From: Ramazzottius varieornatus
Lineage: Eukaryota > Animalia > Tardigrada
Length of the DNA stretch: 64,000 nucleotides
Assembly (NCBI GenBank): GCA_001949185.1
Contig: BDGG01000021.1
Location: forward strand, 86,817-150,816
Direction of reading: 5' to 3'
This document shows positions 24,118 to 36,025 of this stretch, in pieces (the stretch's first letter is position 1; each line of letters starts with the position of its first letter). The translations under genes and the position numbers were made by a program. The notes below the pieces were generated by a model. It did not search any database, was not told the DNA's origin, and saw nothing but the letters and a program-made list of their open reading frames with translations.

Positions 24118-24845
24118 ATGGTGCGTATGTACTACATGCGGGATCCGGTAGACGACAAGACCGCTCCAAACTTTGCCGATCCTCTTCACGAGATTACTTC
24201 GGATGAACTGGCGCACAAAACCAACGTCATCTGCCTGCAGGTACTCGTACAGAGGCCCCGTAACTCTCCCCAACCCCAAAACCGCTGATGCTCCGAGATT
24301 TCCTTTCCATATTGTCTTGCAGGCGGAGGTGAATGAGAGCGTACAAGAGGAAATTCTGAATGAAATAACGCATGCTCGCAGATGTAACTTTCGCGACATT
24401 ATCGAGATATCCCCCTCCAAAATGGGTGACCAGTCCATTTCCAAGGTACACATTCGGTGACATACCACACTCACTTTTCTTATCTTGGTATGTTCGTGGT
24501 CCTGGCTGTTGTCGATGAACATGTGTCTTGTAGCTGGACATATTTTTCGCCGAGCACCTGCACAACGACGACGAAATTCGTTTCATTGTGGAGGGCAGTG
24601 GGTATTTTGACGTACGTGACAGGGACGACAAGTGGATCCGCATCGCGGTGGAAAAGGGCGACCTAATTGTGCTGCCAGCTGGAATTTACCATCGCTTTAC
24701 CCTCGACCAAAAGCTGTACATCAAAGCTATGCGTTTATTTGTGGGAGAACCTGTCTGGACGCCGTATAATCGGGATGACAAGACTGACGAAAGTGCGGCC
24801 AGGAGCGGATACTTGTCAAGTTGGCTTGGTGCCGTCTCGAGTTGA
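24118..24845 (+). CDS. ADI1: Acireductone dioxygenase (exons 24118-24240, 24323-24445, 24534-24845)
   Basis: [63 protein letters not shown] cupin signature; canonical splice sites. Confidence 0.93.
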
Positions 24846-25563
24846 GAGCCCAGCGTCATCGATCATCGGCCACATTTCCAGTCTCCGAAATTCTCAACTT
24901 TGTATCCCCATAGCCGCCACACTTAGTTTTTATGTAGTCTCAAAATGAGCTACTGGTAGGATACTGCGTTTGTGCTTAAAGTGGGTCTGTAGCGTTCATC
25001 GGACTGAACTGCTTTGGACGCTCTCTAAAAAACATGTGTCTGCTATTTTACTATAACATGAAAGTTTAGACTGTCACGGTCAATCCATGGCCTTGACCTG
25101 CAGAGATCTACAAGGAACTTTCGTGCCGTTGATTCCGAGCAGTGAACCATAATCAGTACTGACAGTAAACTTTTTGAGTATTCCATTGTTGGGGTCTGAT
25201 AGAAGATCGGTGGAAGCGAGGTCAGTGTTTGCGAGCATTTGACAGCCCACGTGTGACGCGACTGTTCCACATATTCTCCCTTATCGGCTCTGGGTCTCCG
25301 ACCCGAAGAAAGGAAGGTCGAGCTGTTCATCAGACGGTTGCCGTAATTCCGGAAGGCAAAAGTCAGCTGGTACATCCAATCAGAAAACTTGCTGCCTTTT
25401 TGTTTCCATGCTGGGTGATAAAGCGATGATAAGGCCGCTGCCATAATCTGATTCTGGTAGGTTCTCGGTGAAGGATGGACTGTTGCGTGTTGGGCGAACT
25501 TTTTCTACTGCTTATGGACTCTTCAGTCAATAGTAGGATTTTCTTGTGGAATATTCGAGCAAC

Positions 25564-28500
25564 ATGCGGCGTTATTTTTCAAGCTTCCAAGGGCTGCTTC
25601 TTCCGCTAACCGGTGGACTATCCATTGGAGTGTACCTGCGACACAAGCAAAAAGTGCCAAATGTCTACGCGCTGTCGGACAAGGAAGTTGCGGGGCCAGA
25701 TGGAGCCTATTCTCCGCCTTCTGACGATAATTTGGTCGTGAGGAATGTACAGATATTTGTTCGACATGGAGCGAGAACGCCACTCAAAGTCCTTCCCTAC
25801 CTCGACCAGGTACGTATACTCGGCTATAGATAGTCGCGCTGATCAACTGCGCGGTCGTTCAAAGGCGCCTCTTTGTGATATGGCTACTGTAGGCTTCGTG
25901 GTCGCTGGAGACGCTGATGGCCGACCCGCCCGAATATGCCAGATATCCCTTCACAGTCCACGACTTTCATGGCAAGCCCTTGTCCATGGGACTCTTCGAA
26001 ACCTTGTCCAGAAACGTCATCTTTCCTGGAGGCTGCTTTGCCGGTCAACTTACCTTGCCTGGTGCAGTACTTTTTGTCCCTAGTTGCACATTTAAACTTG
26101 GCTAATGCAAACAAAATAACGAGGTGTCTCTTTATGCACAGGTAAACGGCAGATGTATCAGTTAGGACAGCGGCTGCGCAAAGAGTACATCAATGACCAG
26201 AAGTTTCTCTCTCCCAGCTACAGCAGCAAGGAAGTATAGTAAGTTGAAACGTTTCAGTGAGAAAAGCCTGCATGCAATCATTAACTGAAAGTACGTTGTG
26301 GTCTTCTTGTCTTGTCCAGTGTTCGCTCTACCAATATCACAAGAACCATCGAGTCGGCCATGTGGATGGTTTCCGGTATTTACAACGCCACTAAAGAAGG
26401 TACGTGTTTTTACCGGTATACGAGCTCTTCGAATGTGGCTGGAGGATTTGTACACGAAGATGAATGGTGAGCCTTTCTCGCCCTCAGACCTGGAAAAGCC
26501 CGACGTTCCAGTAATCCCTGTCTTTGCCACCACGGAGCAAGAAGAGATCTTGTACCCCAACCACAGCTTCTGCAACGCCTTGACGCGTCTTTCCAAGCGT
26601 ATCATGCAACACATGCACGAGATAACTGGTATGCTGGACGATCGCGATCTACTGGAAAAGCAGATTGACTTCGATACCACCAAAGGTCGCCTATCCTTTG
26701 TCGATCTTCGTGACGAGCTCGCCGCAAGGTTAGCCCACGATATGGACATGCCTCCTGTACTTCGACAGTGGTGGGACAAAGTCGACGGATATGCCGTCCA
26801 AGTACTCGGTAAAACTAATGCTGTAAATAACTTCTAAAAAAAACAAGAGTCACGACATTTTTATGGACACATGAGTACTGGTTTTTAGAAATCCAGTTTT
26901 TCACCTGTTTTGCAATTGTTCAGGAGAAGACTTTTTCGTTACTGTACTCAAGTGGTTGACTGGAGGGAGAGGCGCCTACTTATGGCGAATCTAATGGGCT
27001 TTCGAGCCAGCTTCACACATTTTCCGTCCAAAATCTGCTACAAAGCTGTGGGAGGAAGTAGTCTGGGGTCCAGTCCTAATTCTATATGAGCATGCCGCGA
27101 TACGTCATCGAGACACGTACCGGGTGGCCATTCGTAATTTTCACAAAATTTTTCCTTCAGAGACAAATTCCGCGTTGCCTTTTCCGAGAAAGGGCTATAC
27201 CTGCTCGATTCTACAATGCATGTTCTTTGTTTCGATAATATTGCATTGACAGCATCGTTTCATTCTGACCAGGAAGAAAATTACGCCGGAAAAATATGAT
27301 GACGGAAAACTTCCCTCGGTCCTGTTGTCAGAAGCATTCTGCCATCGTGCAGCCAAAAATCTTAACTGGTGGTAAGAACGATATTTCGAATGGCAAAACC
27401 CTTCGGAAACAAACTGCGGACGTGGAAACAGTGAAATTTATCCGAAATTAATCGCGTCGATCGACGCGAATTTATTTTCCCACATCATACGAAGCTGCAA
27501 AAATTTTCGAAAGGAACGGTCACGCCTTCAGTCCATACACGACTTGGACAAAAATTGACAGTGGCCTGTGAATTAAGAAAGATTGCAGAGGCGAAAACAA
27601 GAGAAAGTTTTCTCTTCTCCCGACAGGTTTGGTTTGTAAGCATGCATTCGACGAGGTTGGGCTGCTCAAAATGTTGGCGGACCTCATCCTAGACGAACTG
27701 ATGTTGCAGATTCTCAAAAGCGCTACCCGCTCGGGCACAGGTTTCAGCCTGCGAGCTCCAGCGGGAAAAAAATGGGCGTTGGGAAATCAGTAATTCTGAC
27801 TCCCCTCGAAAAAGTACTTTTAGCGAGTCGATCCTTACGTTAATCAACTGGTTACCGGATATCCGTAGAGGGGGGAAGGGTCTACCAGCAACCTATATTT
27901 GCGGGGCATTTCGTCAGCAGCGACCACCCATATTGAATACTAAGATTTGTAAAAAATTTGGACTGGCCACCGGGTAAGGTTGAACCCCTTTCCGGAGGCA
28001 TGTTCATGAAGCATGAACTGTGCAACGACCTAACTGGGGGAATGGACAAAACCGTGAGCCACGGAGCACAAGCCGCGCTGCTCTGGTTGATTCAACTGAT
28101 TGGTCGACTTCAGCTGGCCCGCGTCGCTTTCGCTCCGTGGCCCACAGTTTTTTCCATGCTTATACTTAGGCCAGGCGCGTGTACTCACATAGTTTTATGA
28201 ATTGGGAGCTCGGCAAACAAGCTTGACAGGATTATCTTTTTAATTTCCAAGTGGCGCATGTTACCGGTGTAACTGACTGGAGGAGTTCGCCGCTTAGAAC
28301 GGCGGTCTTGTCGAATTTGTTCGTTTCTCCAAGCGGCGTCAGCTTTTAGTATTATTGGCTAAAAGCGTGCGCCACCTGGAACAACAATATATTTTGCCGA
28401 GTTGCCAAGTGTTTTTTTCAAAAATCAGTCTTGAAATTTGCGACAAACTTTTTCCGGATAGAGTTTTTTTTCAAAACGACTGTCGCCTTTCTTTGTAGCA

Positions 28501-29007
28501 CGGATGGTAAAAGGCAACGATCCATCCTCCAAGATCCAACGGGAAGTTCTCCGCCTAGCCTGTGGACCGGTCGTCGAGATGGTGCTGGGTAACATGTCTG
28601 GCGTGGTGCAGCACCGTAATGGTTTCAAACTGGAGGTGTACTCGTGTCACGACTCAATGATGATCGCGCTGATTATCGCTCTGGACATCTGGGATGGCAA
28701 GTGGCCGCCGTACGCAGCTGACCTTCGCTTCGAGCTGCTGGAAGACAGGACCAACCCCGGCGAGTACTTTGTGCGAGTGCGCTACTTGGGCGACGCCAAG
28801 GTCCTCAGTGCTTTGCACAGTGAAGAAGTCAAGGAGATGACCACCGTCTATCCGCTGAAGGACTTCACCAGTAACTTCATTGATTTGGCAATTAGTAGCC
28901 GGCATCACCGAGAACAGTGTCAAGTCAGGACGGACTATACCGATCCGCTGACCGAGGAGGACGACGACGAAGGCTCGTATTTTATTGCAGCCAAACCTAG
29001 TAAATAA
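25564..29007 (+). CDS. ACP6: Histidine acid phosphatase, lysophosphatidic acid phosphatase type 6-like (multi-exon, ~1.7 kb last intron)
   Basis: RHGARTP catalytic motif, GQLT..G..QMYQLG, RSTNITRTIESA, YSCHDS, WPPYAADL. Confidence 0.85.
27120..27974. mobile_element. Non-autonomous Tc1/mariner-like element in the ACP6 intron
   Basis: TA-CCGGGTGGCCA ... TGGCCACCGGG-TA (one mismatch). Confidence 0.55.
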
Positions 29008-29352
29008 TATTCGGTCGGTTCGATAAAGTGTTTTTCTATTATACATGGAGCCAGTCGAAGGTATCCGCGTACGGCGAATGCTTTTTGACCTTTTCCACTG
29101 CGCGACACTTTCTCCTGATTTTTCTTCGGCACGCGCATGCAACTCCAATGCTTGCAAGGGCAAGCCTCCGCATGAGAATCAGAGCACAAATGTCAGAGAG
29201 GCATAGTAGTCAACCACAAAATTGATGGACATCAAAAGAGGAATCTAAAACAAGTCAAATGATATACTGGCGATCGGCCAATCAAATGACAAAACAGGAA
29301 AGGGCAACCAAGGAAGCAAACCGAAGACATAGAAAAAGGGCATTACTAGACA

Positions 29353-31923
29353 CTATAGAGGTTCAAGGTCGGTGTTAGACATGAAGGCGTCGTCTCGCAG
29401 AGACTGCAGTTGCCGAATCAAGCAAAAGAATTTGGAACCGTCGGCGTAGAGTAGACCTAACTGCTGGCGAACGTTTGTGGCCCACTCCAGCATGTTCAGC
29501 AACCTCTGGCCATCGATATGCAGTTTGCGCATCGTCAGGGCTACCCGTTCGTAGCCGCGCATGTACAGATAACTCTCTAGATCAGCCACTGTCCAGCTGT
29601 TGACCGGCTTCTTCTCCATGACTTGGACCTGCTCCTGACATTGTTGGGCAAATACCGCGCTAAGAGCAGCGACAGAGGACTCTGTTGCACTGCCTACGCT
29701 TTTCGTACTGTCGTCCGTTGAAGCGTATACATTGTCTTCTGTTTTGCGTGCAGGCGCTTTGACGATGACGGACACTCGCGTACACGTTGGAGAAATGTCC
29801 TCGACGCTGTGGGAAGTGAAGTTGGTGTCATGAGGTAAGTGCCAGGCCGGCGGTTGGCTGCATGTTAAGCTGAGAAAGCCGTCCCTTGTCTCCCCTGAAC
29901 TGGTCAGGACTACTATCTCCTCGGTCTGGATATGGCCACAGGAAAGTGCAGTTGGCTCGGGAATGTCGGTTGTCGAGTCCGGCTCGATATAGTGATTGGC
30001 AAAAATAGCAAAGTGCTCTTCGGCTTCGCTGGGTGAGAGACGTGGTTGGCCGTCCACTAACGACCGCTGTTCTTCCCTTATTGTTTCGAGCCCTGGCGCT
30101 TGCACCTGAATACAAGAAGCAGCAGCGGTCACTTCTTCTGTTACGGAGCAGGTTGGTAGGACTGGCGGTAGAACAGGGCGGGACAGCTGTGGAGGGACAA
30201 ACAGGACGGCGAAGAAACGAAAGGCATGCAAGAGGGGGAAAAGACAGCCAGGTGAGTTCTGGAAGGACGTTCGCCGCTTGCTGCCCATCGTTCTTAAGGT
30301 TAAGTGGCATATGGGCGCAGGTCCTTATTAGGAGGTTGGCCGATTGGTCGGTCCTTGGCAGGGAGGGAGTTGGAGCAAAGGCTGGAATGCGGAAGCCGAT
30401 ACCGATATCCAGCCATATCAGCGGTGGCTCTGGGCACTGGTCGTCGGTAACGTTGACGACGGGGGGCAGCGCTAGGTGCGGTGGTATTGGCATATCATCA
30501 CCAGTACCTTTTCTGCCTTTGCGGTAACTGGCGCGTTTGAGATGAGAAAAGGCCTCGACATCGGCACCATACTTGTACTCGGCAACCAGGTCAGGTCGCT
30601 TCTTGTTGATCAGCGATTCCTTCATCCACAGATCATGCTTCCTAAAAGGCAAGTGATAGGGCTGTATGTGGGGCATCATACACCTCACCTCAGTTCGAAA
30701 CAGCCTATCCAAACTTACGCGTCGTAGCCTCTGAAGTGGACCCGATACTCGATGTTGCCCTTCATTCGACGACGCCCCACCAAACTGATAATTACTTTGG
30801 CTGCGCAAGTTGAAGACGTTTTCTACTGGCTCCCATGAGGTTTTTCTGTAACATATAAGTTGGCCTATCATTGGTTTGTCCGGTGTTTATCCTCGGTATC
30901 TTGCCCTTTATGATAATATGTTGAACTCAATTAACTACTCTAAGTCTAGGTGATCAGCTCAACTAACGCAGAATTGATATCTACTGTATGGGCCGGAAGA
31001 CAAGAGCCGAGTTCACTGACCATGCACTCCTCGGCGGTTTCGCACATTAAAAATGCTCCCCTTCCATTTGGTTTTAGGTTGGGAGCAACGGGCGCGACAG
31101 TGTGCCCAGATTGCTACGCTGCTGAAAACCATGACTTTCATTCAAGTTTGCAGTCTTTTCCGCTAGGCGCATGAGGATGTAGCAGGCAACTTGCAAGTGC
31201 ACTTGTGGTGCTGATGCTGTTGCTATGCCATATAGGCAATTCTGGGTTGGGCATCGGGTTCTATGGTAGCGGTATTCTAATGGACGTCTACATATATTGA
31301 CAGTCAGCTTATCTATCTCTAGGGATGTCCTTTAGCCTAGCTGTATATGCCAGAGCAGTATCTGGTTTTACGAACAACGACCCCCCCCCCCCCCCCCNNN
31401 NNNNNNNNNNNNNNNNNNNNNNNNNNNNNNNNNNNNNNNNNNNNNNNCCCCCCCCCCCCCCCACCATAGCCATAGTTAGCAAGTTTAACGTAGCGACTAA
31501 TGGGAGCAGTGCAGGTTCGGATAACCGCGCTGACGTAGCATGCAGGTGACTTACTCCCTAAATTATAATCCACCCATCGTGTCTGCTTTTTAGTATAAAC
31601 GGCCAACTAAATCATACATCACTATCGGTTTGATTTACCCACAGTTTCAGCTATACAATCGGCTATACAATTCAGCTATACAATTTTCGGCGGCGCACTT
31701 GGCGGTAGCGGAGAATCTTATCCACAATAAATACACCGGGCTGAGCGAAGGCCGCCGTCTCAGATAACTGGGACGTGAGATCGGTGCTGCGCACTTCCGC
31801 TACATTGCCGGGGATATCTCCTACATTCTCAACCTGGCCTGCTGTCAAACATCCCAGCTGGCTATCCCCTCCCACACCAGCATCAGTCGACGTAATAGAT
31901 GCACACTCTCTTTGGCTATCCAT
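29353..31923 (-). CDS. Chromodomain + C-terminal SAM domain protein (exon structure incomplete; spans the gap)
   Basis: FIVDKILRYRQ (~31.7 kb) and TSWEPVENV (~30.83 kb) are the two halves of a chromodomain. KPVNSWTVADLESYL..LHIDGQRLL..LGLLYADGSKFFCLI is a SAM domain. Confidence 0.6.
31380..31462. other. Assembly gap (50 N) flanked by poly-C tracts
   Basis: Seen directly. Confidence 0.95.
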
Positions 31924-33201
31924 AGCGCAGGTAGTTCGCGATTTTGGACGCACACATTAGTTACATCCACGCCGAAACCTGTGGCATAGCCTACACTAGG
32001 CTCACTTCAGTATAGACAAACAGAAGGCGTTATCTGACAAAAATGTAGCATAGGACAAGCAAGCATGGCAGCAAAAGCGACGTCGCGGTACATAGCTTAA
32101 TGCTCTGACAAATGGATTTCTAGAGTGGCGTTAGGGCCTTCGTAAGTCTTGACAGTTGCTAGCGCACCTGCACGGCGCCAGTATTAACGTAAGCAAGAAA
32201 GATCTTCTTTATATTCGTTGTAAAGAGTATTCGACATCTGACTGCGCCAACGATCGAGCAACGCTGGGCAACGAACTGCCAGCTGTAGGTGGACGAGCCT
32301 GTGTACACCTATTATGATGCGCTCGCGCTCCCCAGCATAGCATACTACAACATGAGATACTGCCTGCATCGTTTAAGACCTTCGATACGAATCGGACGAC
32401 CGTCTGTATAAGTATCATAGTAGTTTGCACGTCACCAAACGTTGTGCAGCCTTCTCACGGCATGAAGGAACATGTAGGGCAAAAGTTCACCATCCAGCTC
32501 AAAGATTTGCGAACTAGTCCAAAAAGACTGGGCTCGCATTTGGCCTACTATTATTTGCAAACAGAACAGAATTAGCGGTCTAGGGCTATTGTTATCGTTT
32601 CAGCGGCTCCGCCAGAAAATGGCACTAAGGTACGAGGCAGTGCATCTCCACATACAGACCGGTGAATATTCAATTAGTCGGTTGCGTCAACTGGGGGAAA
32701 AACGAAATGTAAATATCGAAAGATATAGTCAGAAAATATCATACCGTATTTTATCGTAGATATCCCATGTCTAATATCAAGAATATTCGTAATTCCGAAC
32801 CAAAACTTCAACGGCTCAACGCGAAAAGTGGCGCGTTGAAAAGTGTTGTCTTTTTTTCATCATTTCGCAAAACGATTTTTGAATTTAGAAAACTGATCTT
32901 TCGCAGTTAGACCAAGCCGATGTTGTCGAAAGTTGAGGAATCTAAGCCAACGTAGGAAAAATCATAGTACGGCCGATCCTTCAGTCTAAGTTTTAGTAGA
33001 ATTTCAAACTCCGGAAAGAGTTGCGGTTTGCCCTGATCACCACCGACATAATATATATAAAAAGGACCCCAGGCCGACGAGGCGACGGTAGAGCAGTTAA
33101 CTAGGATGCTTTGTACTTTGAAAGATGGGCTTTCTTTTCAGCTTAAAAAAAAGTCAAGAACAATTGACGGCGATTTTCCAGACACCCCAAGATAAAAAAT
33201 C

Positions 33202-33267
33202 GTAGACTCGGAGTACACCGCACTAGGGAATCATGGGTGTTAGCAGCAATATGTACTCCGAGTCTAC
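33202..33267. repeat. Perfect 16-bp inverted repeat (34-bp spacer)
   Basis: GTAGACTCGGAGTACA / TGTACTCCGAGTCTAC. Confidence 0.8.
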
Positions 33268-34523
33268 TGAACTGCACATGTGTCCGCATAACCTGTGCAT
33301 TTTGATTTAGCCCATCAATCAATCAACCAGAACACGTATTTGACTGCTTGATTGATGAACACGGCGCTGAATTATCTCTTCGATTTATTACTTGAATTTC
33401 TTGATTGTCTCAGGTCAATTTTGTTCGGTTGATTGTTTGGTTGCCTTTCATTAATTTTTGTTAATCCGGTCCACCCGGATTGATGTTCGGGATAGACTCC
33501 GGTTGATAATCCGGTCTACCCGAACTGATGATTGATACGACCGACTTGGCTCGGTCTTTCGCCGAAAGATCGGGCCAAGCTGGAGGCCGGCTGACAGGCT
33601 GCCATGTCAAATAGTTCCGTGACAGTCTGGCAGTCACCCGTGTGATTTTCGAATATTTCCTAAGAGGTCTTGCGTTTCGTTCAACGCTGTCCAATCCTCG
33701 CCTTTAACGGTGACTTTCGACCATCTCTCCCCAAATCACAACTTCTTTCCCTGCCTCCTCTCCACCTGATTCTGCTCAGCAGGTTGCTGGCATCATAATA
33801 GTGTTCACGGAGTGCCTGCAAAACAAAACGCTCTTTTTTGACGGAATATGCAAATCGGGATCTTTATAGTGGAGAATTCATAAGCGCTTTCACCAATACA
33901 AGGCCTGTGTCGTACAACAGATTTTCCCAGTCCAGAAGGATGGCTACTATTTCTTACCATCCTAAGGAAGCAGAAATAGAAAATACCCTTGAGATATATG
34001 CCACTACGGTTGGAACTTGATAGCTTTCAACAGAGCATGTTCTACAAAAAGCGAAACCAAGTGCAACAGCACGCTCATGCAGCATCTTCGATCGCAGAAC
34101 CGTGCAATTGATTCCAGCCCAGCGTTTTTCACAGAGCGATAAGCTATGAGAACTCTCTTACCACTATCGGCAGATTTCAAGCATCCAGAAATCTAACAGC
34201 CGCTTGCCCACGGTAGATATATTCAGCTCGGCTGAGTTTGCCTGGTAACGGGAATCAGCTGTTCCCAGCATGTTGCAGCGACTTCTGCTGATGTTTGGAA
34301 GATATCGTCAAGAGCAGGGCAGCGGACAGGATGGAGAGGAGTGGAGAAAGATGGGGGAAGGTTCTGATGACAATTCCAGCAGGAGCAGATGTGACCGAAA
34401 TGAAATTCCATCGTTCAAAATTTAAAAGTCAAAACTGCTTGGGCGTGCGTCGGCAACTTAGGTACTTGCGTACAGCCTGCGCTCGGTCACGTATGCGCCG
34501 GTTGAGATAAGTGCACTCTAGGT

Positions 34524-35530
34524 CAGTGTTATTGTACTAATGGAAATAGATAACTGAAAATAGCCGAAAACTGGGACTTTTGAATTTTACTATAATAATT
34601 AAAATTATGAAATCGAGACGACGAATTTTACTATATAGTAAAATTACAGTAAAATTAGACCCACAAGTCAATAGTAAAATAGGTAATTAAAATCCGTACT
34701 TGCAGCAATTAAAATAATTAAAATTTGGAAGAGCTGGGCTTCGAATTTTAATTATAGCAAGATGCCTAGCAAATCCACAGTGAATTGTACCACGAAAATC
34801 CCTTAGTAAATATTATCCCGGACGAGAGCTGGTTAATCAGTACAAGAGATGGATACGGAGCGCTGATTCTAAATTTCAGCTTCAGTTAAACTGACGGAAC
34901 TCGATTACGCAGTCTCATACCGTGAATTTGGTGCATTGATAATTCGACTTGATTTAAATATAGTGATATCTCTTAGACTCGCAGTTTGGTCTTCTTTTCC
35001 TACCGTTCGTACATCAATTGGTATTCTTGGTTCTCGGCCATATCCCACGACAAATAGTCAGAAGCGAAAAAGTCAGACAGGGCCAAGCTCCACCAAGCCG
35101 AAGAAGCAGGCTATAAAGGAGAGGAGGACTCAGCCTGGGACGACGGTGGACTTGACCGGACCGGCGGAAAATTCTCCCCCTTCGCCTTCTCCAACTACCG
35201 CGAACGACACGAGTGTTGCAGATCCAACTGTTGGAGCTCCAACTGTCAAGAAGAAGAAGAAGTCAGGAGCAGGAAGGCCGAAAGATTCACCGATATCTGA
35301 ACAAGATGACATAACAACGGATATATATCCCTGCTGATTACTCGGTTAATGCAAACTTACAGACGAACCATAATTAAAATAAATCTAGAGATCCAGATGT
35401 ATTTAAAATTAATAGATAATAGAGAATTCAGCCAATCCAAACCTGCAACAATTAAAATTACGGCTTGAGGAAAAATTTTACTAATTGTAATAGACATTAA
35501 AATTCCAAAACCATTAGTAGAATAACACTG
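34524..35530 (+). mobile_element. Non-autonomous hAT element (~1 kb), copy 1
   Basis: TIR CAGTGTTATT.TACTAATGG; TSD CTCTAGGT/CTCTGGGT; retains a basic ORF ending GRPKDSPI, like the start of a BED finger. Confidence 0.9.
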
Positions 35531-36025
35531 CTCTGGGTACCTGTCCGGCACTAACTGAAGTACGAAATACACTTCGCTCGCTACTTTGCAAGGTACTCTT
35601 TTGTTCTTGGGACGTTTGGGAAAACAAAAGGGGCAAGTTTGCTTCGCCGCACTGAATATACAAAAGTTCTTACATACAAAGGGTGTTTTTGTCAGGACGT
35701 ATACTGCGCAGAAAGGCGGCTTGCTGAGCACTAGGTAGCATGAATATGCCAAACTTGTATCATTGAAGTGGCGAAGCTGCTGTGTTTGATAAATGGCTTC
35801 CTTAATCGTAAACGGGGCTTTGCCAGAACAAGTGGCGTATCGACATCGCAATGCGATAAGGACAAATCTGGACGCATGTTTTGATTTGACGCCGACGTAA
35901 GGCCCAATAATGAAAGACCGATAAGAACGACATGCCACCGTAACGATTGGCTCAAGACAGAATTGCCCATGGAATCTAGGACCATTTTCCCGTGTAAGCT
36001 CGTTGGATGTTGTTTGATCAATAGG

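Noticed and set aside
31325-31606. Poly-Pro/poly-Gly ORFs
   Set aside because: Artefacts of translating poly-C tracts and Ns at the assembly gap.
34936-35337. Duplicated 133-aa ORF (also 56835-57236) as a host gene pair
   Set aside because: It lies within the repeated non-autonomous hAT element and has a non-ATG start.
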